From Paragordius varius (taxonomy: Eukaryota > Animalia > Nematomorpha), in assembly GCA_964247055.1 (NCBI GenBank), contig OZ176058.1, positions 3,658,001 through 3,722,000 of the forward strand: a DNA stretch of 64,000 nt. Direction: 5' to 3'. Positions 28,501 to 40,299 of this stretch are shown here, piece by piece; the first letter of the stretch is position 1; each line of letters opens with the position of its first letter. Position numbers and translations under genes: made by a program. The notes beneath the pieces are model-generated. The model saw only the letters and a program-made list of their open reading frames with translations. It was not told the DNA's origin and did no database searches.

Positions 28501-31500
28501 ATGTTTACTCTAAAAATTTAATGAGTAACGTTTATAATTGTATGTATCCGATCTGTTGAAACGAGTATCAGCTGTTTTGTCATAATATCTTTGCGCCATC
28601 ATTTATTGAGCTATTAAAACATAGTTTTGTTAACAAATAAAGAATAAAAATTATTAATTAGTTTTAATGTATTATATAATTCGTTTGCTTTTATACTTTT
28701 TGTTTGATATTATAGTTTCATTGTTTTGGCGTTTTTAGTAACGCAAAACTTTGTAATATATAGTGGTATAATTTGGTTAAAAAAACATAATTAATTAATT
28801 AAACATACACATATGTAGTGAAATGAAAGAAAAATCAAGGTATTACAGTATCGTATGGTATAAAAACAGTTTGTCATGAATTAAATTTACTAACGTAATG
28901 TTAAAAATGGGGAAAATAGTTGTATAACTACGACATTTTGTTCATTAATACCATACGCTGCTGTATTTTTTTTGAAATATAAATATATGTCTTTATATTT
29001 TAATTTTAAAGTATAAAAAGTTTTTATGCCTTAAAAATAATCGGAAATGTTTATTTTCATTTGCATAGAACACCACTCTGTTTTCACAATTTTATTTATA
29101 AATGTAACGCCATATAAAAAACTAAAAATTTATACAAGGCACGCCACAGACATGTAAATTAAACCCTCTTCTTAGCCTCTGAAAGAATTGAAACGGTCAA
29201 ACTTTTTCTCAAACGCAACATATTTGCGGACAAAGACAATATTTTTTTCAATCAATACAACATTTTTTTAGTTGTCTGCTTGAAAAAATGTTGCGTTTGT
29301 TTTAAAAATGTTGTTTTGGATCGAAAAATCGATAGCTAACTCTCTTTCTTTTGTGGAATTTTAAATTTTTTAGAAAGTAATATGCATTAAAAATAGGGAT
29401 GAGCCATTCATTTTAAAAACTACCTTTATGAAAATTTCGATATTTGACTTAAATATATTTGAAATATATTAAAAAATTGATTTTATAAACCTAATGATAT
29501 ATTTAAACAAAGGTGTTGTCCAACACAACTGGCTTTGCGGGCCGCATCAGTAAAGAGGAGATATAAACACAAGATTCGCTTACCAAATATCAATTTTTTT
29601 TAGATTTTGTGAGCCTATTTTCGTAAATATAAATTTCTACACAAAATATTGCTGTTTCAACATATATTTTGGCTTTTTTGATTTTTTTTACTGCATTGTT
29701 AGTTTCCCCAAATTTAAATTAAAACAATCAATCATTTAAATTTTTATTCAAAAAACACAAAAAACTTTATATAAAATATTTTGCTTAATTTTTGCTTTAG
29801 ATCCACGGACCCAAGGATGGTTCCTAATCTCCTCACCCATGCCTACAGTGTTAATTGTCGCTCTGTACTTGAGTATTGTGCGTTACGGACCGCGGTTTAT
29901 GGCGAATCGAAAACCGCTCATGTCAACTGGCGATAGTCGGAAAGCGCTGATTTTTTATAATTTTGGATTAGTGGCTTGGTCCATTTACATGTTGTATGAG
30001 GTATGCGCAGTTTAAGTCTCTTTAAATAATTCACTCTAAACGAATTGTTTGATGAGTTTTGAGAGTGAAAAATTGAGTTTTTTAAGGCTAAAATGATTTT
30101 TTTGAGTGAAAAATTGGGTTTTTTAAGGTTAAAACTGACGATTTTTTTTGGAAAAACCAATGTTAATTGGGGATAGTCGGAAAGCGTTGATTTTTTACAA
30201 TTTTGGACTTGTGGCTTGGTCCATTTACATGTTGTATGAGGTATTTTTAATAATTTATTCTAAACGGAATGTTTAATTTGGAGCTTTTTTTATTTTTGAT
30301 AAGTTTTTAGAGTGAAAAATTGGTTTTTTGAGTGAAATATTTGAGTTTTTTATGGTTAAAATTGAGCGATTTCTAATTAGGAAAACCGCTAAAGTAGTCA
30401 GAAAGCGCTGATTTTTTACAATTTTGGACTTGTGGCTTGGTCCATTTACATGTTGTATGAGGTAAATATTTTTGCCTTAAATACAATTTTTTATAATAAG
30501 GGTTAAAAATAAGTTTTTTTTTTTATAATTTTGAGTGTAATAATTGCATTTTAAGGAACTCTAAAATCACGTTTAATTAAAACTATAACATTTTTTTAGT
30601 TTTTTTGCGTTTAATCGTATACTATGTTGTATAAGGATGCGCGGTTTAAGTTTTATTCTAATAGTTTACTGTGAAAGGAATGTTTAGTTTAAAGAAATCT
30701 GATAAGTTTTTTAAAGTAAAAAAATAATTCCTTGGAAGAAATTTGAGATTTTTAAGGTTATAATTGAGCGATTTTAGTGGAAAAACCGCTAAAATCAACT
30801 GGGGATAGTCGGAAAGCGTTGATTTTTTACAATTTTGGACTTGTGGCATGGTCCATTTACATGTTGTATGAGGTATTTGAGATTTTAAAAATTTTGCGTT
30901 TTAGATTGAAAAATTGATATTTTGGAATGAAAAATAAGGTTTTAAGGAACTCTAAAGTCACGTTAAATTCGGAACTATAACACCTTTTTTCAGTTTTAAT
31001 CGTTTAAACGTACACTATGTTGTATGAGGTGCGCACTTTAAAGTTTTTTGAATAAGTTTGGGTTGAATTAGTTTTTTAATCATTTTGAGGTTGAAATTGA
31101 TATTGTTCAAATTCACCCTTAAAGAATTCAAATTCATCCTTAAACAATTAAAATTTACCCTTGAATAACTCAAATTTACCGTTGAACAATTCAATTTCAC
31201 CCTCAAATGAATTGTACTTTTTTTAAGAATCAAAATAACCACCTATATTTTAATATATTTCAAAAAATGAAATTTCGTATAAAAATAATAGAATACTGAA
31301 AAAATAATAACTTATACCATAAGAATATATTTTATATTAATGATGAGTTATATTAGCTCGAAAACACATAATTTATTTTGAGGGTGATTTGAATTGTTCA
31401 AGGGTGAATTTGAATTGTTCGAGCGTGAATTGAACTGTAAATGGTATATATAAAATTTGAATTTAATAAGATAGAAATAGTTAAAAAGCATTGACCTTTT

Positions 31501-32938
31501 ACAATTTTGGATTAGTGTTCTCCATTTACATGTTGTATGAGATGCGCAGTTTTACATAATTTAAAGTTTATAAATTGATTATTTGGGGTTATAATTGATT
31601 TTTTGAGGTTTTTGGTAAATTAGTTTATCATTATTAACTACAAATAGTTTAAACAAATTTTTTGAGAGTTCTGATTTTAGTTTTTTTGAGGTTAAAATTG
31701 ATATTTTTAGCTGAGTTTTTATATCATTAACAAACAACAGATAGTTTTAAGATGTTTTGTATAATTTTATAAAGTTAATTCAAAACTTGCAATATTGTCA
31801 TTTTTTATCATTACTTTTTGTTGCGCAAGAAAAGAAAGTTTGATGATCTTTTAATTTATTTAAGGTTTTTAATAACTTTTATATCTTTACAAAAATTCAC
31901 CCTCAAACAATTCAAAGTCACCCTTGAACAATTCAAATTCACCCTAAAAATAATTATGTTTTTTTTGGGATAACTCATTATTAATATGAAATATATTTTT
32001 ACGACATAGTTTATTATTTTTTCAGTATTATATTAATTTTAAATAGAATTTTATATTTGAAAATATAAAATAAATGTAATTAATAATGTAGAAAAAACAC
32101 ATAATTTTAAAGTGAATTTGTTTAAAGGTATATTATTGTTCAAGGGTGAATTTGAATTGTTTAAGGGTAAATTTGAATTGTTTAAGGGTAAATTTGAATT
32201 GTTTAAAAGTAAATTTTAATTGTTCCATAGCAAATTTAAATTTGGGTGAATTTGAATTGTTAAAGGATTTGAATTGTTCAAGGGTAAATTTGAATTGTTC
32301 AAGGGTAAAATTGAATTGTTCAAGGGTGTTAAATTGTTCAAGGGTGAATTTGAATTTTTTTAAGGGTTTTGAATTGGTCAAGGGTGAATTTGAATTGTTA
32401 AAGGGTGAATTTGAACTGTAAATGGTATATTTTAATTGTTCTATAGCAAATTTAAATTTGGGTGAATTTGAATGGTTTAAGGGGTAATTGTACAAGGGTG
32501 TATTTGAATTGTTCATGGGTGAATTTGAATTGTACAATGGTGAATTTGAATTGTTCAAGGGTGAATTTGAACTGTAAATGGTATATTTTTATATATAATC
32601 ACCTATGCATATATATATAGTTTATAGCTGTGGTCGTACTTAAACCCTACAATTGGAGTTGTGAACCTATGGATCTAACAAATAATTGGCTATCCTTAAG
32701 AGTAAAATTTATTTTTAATAATTTATACGATTTCGTAATAAATTTGCAAATGAGATTTCTATTCAAATTGATCTATATATATATATATACATATATAGAG
32801 TAAAAATTGAAATTATACAATGGACAAAACATAAAAATATAAAGACAAATATTTTTTTTTCAAAAGAAAAAATCATACAATTTTAAAACTTAATTAGCCA
32901 TTCAATTACGATGTAAAATTTCAAATTGATTGTTTTAG

Positions 32939-32983
<45 letters not shown>

Positions 32984-35900
32984 CCATCTCGCATTTTTTG
33001 CGATATTAAATAAAGAGTTAAAATGAAGATTTTAAAGGTATGGTTATCTTTTAGAAATAAATATTTGTCTTTATATTTTTTTACGTCCATAGTATAATTT
33101 CAATTTTTACAGTATTTTGTAAAAAGATATTTTAATATGTTTTTGAAAAAAAAAACATTGTTTGAATGCTACAAATAAGTTGAAAAAAAAATAAAGAAAT
33201 TTTAAAAAAGGTTTTTTTTATTAACAACACATACACTTAATTGCAATAAAATTTAGTTTTTACAAATTTTTGGATACATCCAGCATAAGTAAGTATACAT
33301 TGCTAGAAAGTTATTAATTATTGCCAAATAGTAAATACAACAAAGGCCAGTTTTATTGGCTTTTAGTTATTTTTTCACTTTTTACTATTATATGTCAATA
33401 ATATTTCTCTTTGTTGTATTTGCTATTTGGCAATAATTAATAACTTTATAGCAATGTATACTTTTTCATACTGTATATAAATTATGTATAGGAAAATATA
33501 GATATTTTATAAAAGATAATTTACAATATGAGTAATTAAATATTGTTAGAAAATTATTAATTATTGCTGTTAAATAATAAATTCAACAAAGGGCAGTATT
33601 ATTGGCATTTAATATTAAAAAGTGAAAAAGATATCTATAAGCCAATAATACTGCACCCTTTGTTGTATTTACTATTTGGCAATGATTAATAACTTTCTAC
33701 CAATATATACTTACTCATACTGTAATATGTTTTTGAAATAAAAATACAGATATTAAGATATTTTATAATATGTTTTTGAAATAAAAATATAGTTTCAATT
33801 CTACAAATAAGTTGAAATACAGTATGTTTTTTTATGGGTTGCTTATATTTACAACACAACACAGTAGTGTATGGAAAAAAACAACAAAATGTTGATAAAA
33901 ACAATTTTCCCCCTCTTTTATCCATTCACTAGTGTGTAACAATTATTAAAAGGCATACTATACTGTAAGCTAAAAAAATTTTAAATTTATATAAGCACAT
34001 TATTCAAGCTGGCTCATATTTCAATAAAATTTAATAATTTTTGTTAAACTAAAATGTTTTGATTTTTTTGAAAAATAGATTGCCGAATGTTTTTGGTGGT
34101 ATTACTTTTCCAAAATTGTTGAATTACTGGATACGGTAATACATTTTTGAAATTTAAACTAAATTTAGATTGATTAATTTAAAAATAGCTTTGGTTATAT
34201 GAAAAATATAATATTAAAATATACCATTTACACTTCGAATTTACCCTCGAACAATTCAAATTCACCCTTAAATAAATTATGTGCTTTTTAAGATTAAATT
34301 TTTATATTTTGATGATTTATATATATATATATATATCTTTAAAAAATAAAATTTTGCTTGTAATTAATATAATACTGAAAAAATAATAAACTATGCCATA
34401 AAGATATATTTCGTATTAATAATGAGTAGTTATATTAGCCTGAAAACACATAATTTATTTTTAGGGTGAATTTGAATTGTACAAGGGGTAATTTGAATTG
34501 TAAATGGTATATAATGAATTTTAATTTTTACTGTAATATTTAATTTATTTTATTTTATACCATTTACAGTTCAAATTCACCCTCAAAAAATTCAAATTCA
34601 CCCTAAAAATAAATTATGTGTTTTCGAACTAATATAATTCATTATTAATATAAAATATATGTTTATGGTATAGTTTATTATTTTTTCAGTATTATTTTAA
34701 TTTAAAATAGAATTTTTATTTTTTAAAAATATATAAAATATAAGTAATTTTTAATCTTAAAAAACATATATTTTATTTAAGAGTGAATTTGAATTGTTCA
34801 AGGGTGAATTTGAATTTCCGAGGGTCAATTTGAATTGTTCAAGGTTCAATTTGAATTGTAAATGGTATATATGGTAATTTATTAAAAAAGTATTTATATT
34901 TTAACTTTACACCTTAACCTAAGTTGAGTTATGTTTTTTATTAAAAAATATATATTTAATGTTACGACTAAAATTATATCCAAAATTGGTACTATATATG
35001 ATATTTCCTTATTTGAATTTTATTTAATTTTTATTTTTATGAGTTTTTTTTATATTACAGAAAATATTTAATTTTTTTGAGTTATGTAAAAAAATACATA
35101 AAAAATTTATAACAATTTTTATTTTTTATATAGATTTTTTTTATTTTACCGATTATAACCCTGGTTAATTAATGAATAATTTTTTATTATTTGTTTAATT
35201 TTACGAAAAAAATAAATAATAATAAATTTTTAAGTTATTTATCAAAAAGTTTTTTAAAAATCAAATAAACCTTTTATAGTAAAAATTAAAATTATACGGA
35301 CAAAACGTAAAAACATGACAAATAATTTTTTTCATTAAAAAAGAAAAAAACCATACTTTTTTAAACCTTATATTTTCCCATATAAAATATTTAAATACAA
35401 TTTTAAATTGTATGTGTTACCAATATACTTTTTTTAAACAAAAAGTTATATTTAAAAATTCAAGAATTAAAAAGTATATTATTGTTTTTTTTTGAAAAAA
35501 AATATTTGTCTTTATATTTTTACGTTTTTTGTCCATAGTATATACCATACACTTTAAAATCACCCTTAAACGATTCAATTCACCCTCGAACAATATAAAT
35601 TATTTTTTTAAAGATTCAAAATTACCTGTATTTTTATATATTTTTAAAAATTGAAAATTTGTTTCAATTTAGAATTATACTGAAAAATAAATAAACTAGC
35701 CCATAAAGATATATTTCATATCAATAATGAGTTATATTGGCTTTAAAACACATAATTTATTTTTAGGGTAAATTTGAATTGTTTATAGGGTGAATTTGAA
35801 TTGTAAATAGTATATAATGAATTTCAATTTTTACTGAATATTTTATTTTATACCATTTACAGTTCAAATTCACCCTCAAAAAATTCAAATTCACCCTCGA

Positions 35901-38900
35901 ACAATTCAAATTCACCCTAAAAATAAATTATGTGTTTTCGAACTAATATAATTCATTATTAATATAAAATATATGTTTATGGTATAGTTTATTATTTTTT
36001 CAGTATTATTTTAATTTAAAATAGAATTTTTATTTTTTAAAAATATATAAAATATAGGTAATTTTTAATCTTAAAAAACATATATTTTATTTAAGAGTGA
36101 ATTTGAATTGTTCAAGGGTGAATTTGAATTGTTTAAGGGTGAATTCGAATTGTAAATGGTATATATTAAATTTCAATTTTTACTATAATATTTAATTTAC
36201 TTTTTATTTTATATTTTTGCTTTATAGATTTTTTTCATATTACGGAAAAAATTTAATCAAGTGAGTTTCTTACATGTTTATCATCACAGTACTATGCCTT
36301 TACTTATGTGGCTTTGTGTTAAATATACGGCTGGGGGAAATTGTAAGTTTTTTTATAAAAGATTTTTGTAGTTTTTTTATAAAAGTTGTTTTTAATAATT
36401 TTTATAAGAGTTTTTTTGAAAAAAAGTTATTTTTATTAATTCATATAAAAGTTATTTAAATAATTTTTATGTACGCTTAAATTTGAAAAAGTTTGATTTT
36501 TTGTAAAAATTTATGTTTTATATTATGATAAAATAAAAGTTAATGAATCTATGATCATTGTAATTTAAACTACAGTAAAATATTTTTTAAAAAAATGTTT
36601 TAATTTTAGAAAAGTTGTTTTTAATAATTTTTATAAAACTTGTTTTTATTAATTTATATGTATGCTTAAATTTGAAAAAGTTTGATTTTTTAGTGAAAAT
36701 TTATGTTTTATATTATGATAAAATAAAAGTTAATGAATCTATGATCATTGTAATTTAAACTACAGTAAAATATTTTGTTAAAAAATTGTTTTTTTTTCAT
36801 AAAAGTTTTTTTGTAGTTTTTTTATAAAAGTGTTTTTTTAATTTTTATATATGCTAAACTTTGAAAAAGTTTGATTTTTTAGTAAAATAATATGTTTTAT
36901 ATAATGATAAAATAAAAGTTTATAAATCTATGATCATTGTAATTTATACAGTAAAATATTTTTTTAAAAAATTGTTTTTTTTTTCATAAAAGTTCTTTTA
37001 ATTAATTCATATAAAAGTTATTTAATTAATTTTTATGTATGCTAAACTTTGAAAAAGTTTGATTTTTTCTAAAAATTTATGTTGTATATTATGATAAAAT
37101 TAAAATGAATGAGTTTATTATATCATTGTAAATACAGTAAAATATTTTTTTAAAAAATTGTTTTTTTTCATAAAAGTTTTTTTGTGGTTTTTTTATAATT
37201 GTTTTTAATAATTTTTATGTATGCTAAACTTTGAAAAAGTTTGATTTTTTACTAAAAATTTATGTTTTATATTGTGATAAAATAAAAGTTAATTAATGAG
37301 TTTATTATGCCATTGTAAATTACACAGTAAAATATTTTTTAAAAAAATTGTTTTTTTTTCATAAAAATTATTTTTATTTTTTTATAAAAGTTGTTTTTTT
37401 AATTTTTATGTATGCTAAACTTTGAAAAAGTTTGATTTTTTGTAAAAATTTATGTTTTATATTATGATAAAATAAAAGTTAATGAATTTATTATCTTTGT
37501 AATTTATACAGTAAAATTGAAATTATACGGGGGCAAAATTTAATAATTAGATAGCTTAATACTACTTTTTAAACAATGATTTTCATATTCATATATACCA
37601 GTTTTATTCAAGAGGAACCTTTTTTCAAGCAAATGCAACATTTTTTTCATTCAAACGCAACAATTTTTCAGTTGTTTTTGCTTAAAAAGTGTTGCGTTTA
37701 ATTTAAATAATATTGCTTTTGACTGTAAAAGGGTATAATATCTCTTTGTTTTTCATAAGAAAAACATTTTTTTATTCCTTTATGTACTAACATGGTTTTA
37801 TGCCATACGCTACTGTATTATAAAAAAATGATTGATTTTATTACCATTTTTTGAACAAAATTCATCACTTTTTAAGCAAATGCAATATTTTTTAAGTGTC
37901 TTTGCTTGAAATGTTAGGTGAATACTTGAAAAATTGTTGAGTTCGGTTTAAATAATGTTGCTTTTGACTGTAAAATGTTATAACATTCCCTTGTTTTTCA
38001 TAAAAACATTTTTTATATTCTTTTATGGACTAACATGGTTTTATTTATAAAAAATGATTGATTTTTTTACCATTTTTCAAACAAATGCAACATTTTTTTA
38101 TTCAAACCCAACAATATTTCAGTTGTATTTGCTTGAAAAGTGTTGCGTTTACTTGAAAAAATGTTGCCTTTACTTTAAAAATTGTTGAGTTTGGTTTAAA
38201 TAATGTTGCTTTGATTGTAAAATGGTGTACCTTGTTTTTTATTAGCATTATTTTTCATTCTTTTATGGATTAATATGGTTTTATGTATAAAAAAATGATT
38301 GATTTTTACCATTTTTCAACAAAATTTATTACTTTTTTAAGTAAATGCAACATTTTTCAAACAAACACAACATTTTTTCAGTTGTCGCTTGAAATTTGTT
38401 GCTTTTACTTAAAATGTTGCGTTTGCTTGAAATAATGTTGCTTTTGACTGTAAAATGGTATAATATCTACTTGTTTTTTTATAATAAAAACAGTATTTCA
38501 TTCTTTTATGGACTAACATAGGATTGATTTTTACCACTTTTCAACCAAATTCAACGCTTTTTCCAGCAAACGCAACATTTTTTTAGTTGTATTTTCTTGA
38601 AAATTGTTGCGTTTACTTAAAATAATGTTGCGTTTACTTGAAATATTATTGCGTCTGGACTGTGAAAAATGGTATAACACTAATTTTTTCCATTATAAAA
38701 ACATTTTTTTTTTCATTTTTTATGGACTAACATGGTTTTATGTAAAAAAAATTATTGATTTTTACCATTTTTTAATTAAAATAATTACTTTTTAAGCAAA
38801 TGTAACATTTTTTCAGTTGTCTCTGCTTGAAAATTTTTACTCGAAAAGTGTTGCGTTTGCTTGAAAAATTGTTGAGATTGGTTGAAATAATGTTGCTTTT

Positions 38901-40265
38901 GACTGTAAAATGGTATAATATCCCCCTTGTTTTTTATAATAAAAACATTTTTTTAATCATTCTTTTATGGACTAACTTAGGATTGATTTTTTACCACTTT
39001 TCAACCAAATTCAACACTTTTTAAGCAAATGCAATTTTTTTTTATTCAAACGCAACATTTTTCACCTTTTGCTTGAAATTTGTTGCGATTAAAGCGTTGC
39101 TTATGCTTTAAAAAATGTTGCTTTTGATTGAAAATTGTTCTTTAGACTGTGAAATACGGTATAATCCTTGTATTTTATAATAAAAACATTTTTCATTCTT
39201 TTATGGACTAACATGGTTTTATACCATACGCTACTGTATTATAAATGAATGTTTTTTACCATTTTTCAACCAAATTCAACACTTTTTACGCAAATACAAC
39301 ATTTTTTCAGTTGTCTTTGCTTGAAATGCGTTTACATGAGAAAAAATGTTTTGACTGTAAAATGGTAATATTCCCTTGTTTTTCAAAATAAAAACATTTT
39401 TTTTCATTCTTTTACGATTCTTTTATGGACTAACATGGTTTTATGTATAAATAAATGATTGATTTTTACCATTTTTCAACCAAATTCATCACTTTTTTAA
39501 GCGAAATGACATTTTTCAAGCAAACGCAACATTATTTTCGGTTGTCTTTGCTTGAAAAGTGTTGCGTTTTAAAAATGTTAAGTTTGCTTAAAAAAATGTT
39601 GCGATTACTTGAAAAAATGTTGCGTTTGCTTGAAAAATCGTTTGTTTAGACTGTGAAAAATATTGCTTTTGATTTAAAAAAATAGTATTAAACTAATTTT
39701 TTCCTTTAGGTTTTATCGTGGGTATTCTAAACAGTCTTATCCATGTTTTCATGTACACTTATTATGCCATGTCTGCCATTGGACCCCATATGCAAAAATA
39801 TTTATGGTGGAAACATTATTTAACTATGGCTCAATTAGTAAGATTATATTTTTTACGATTTTTAATCCAAAAACTGAAATATTAAGTACATACGGACAAA
39901 ATGTAAAATTATAATGACATACAACTATTTTTTATTATAAGACAATCAACCATACTTTTTTAAACCTTTATAATTTTTCTCATATAAAATATTATTTACC
40001 CTTATTTTATATATATATATACCATTTACAGAAATTCAAATTCACCCTTGAACAATTCAAATTCACCCTAAAAATAAATCGTGTGTTTTGGGATAATATA
40101 ACTTATTATTAGTATGAAATATATCTTTATGGCATAGTTTATTATTTTTTTAAAATATAAAAAAAATATACGTATTTTTTAATCTTAAAAAGGGGATATA
40201 TTTTATTTGAGGGGAAATTTGAATTGTTCGAGGCTTAATTTGAATTGTTTAAGGGTGAATTAGAG

Positions 40266-40299
<34 letters not shown>

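Noticed and set aside
37595-39660. Palindromic repeat-spacer array superficially like CRISPR
   Set aside because: The spacers are conserved rather than unique, the units are 210-295 bp, the context is a eukaryotic intron and there are no cas genes.
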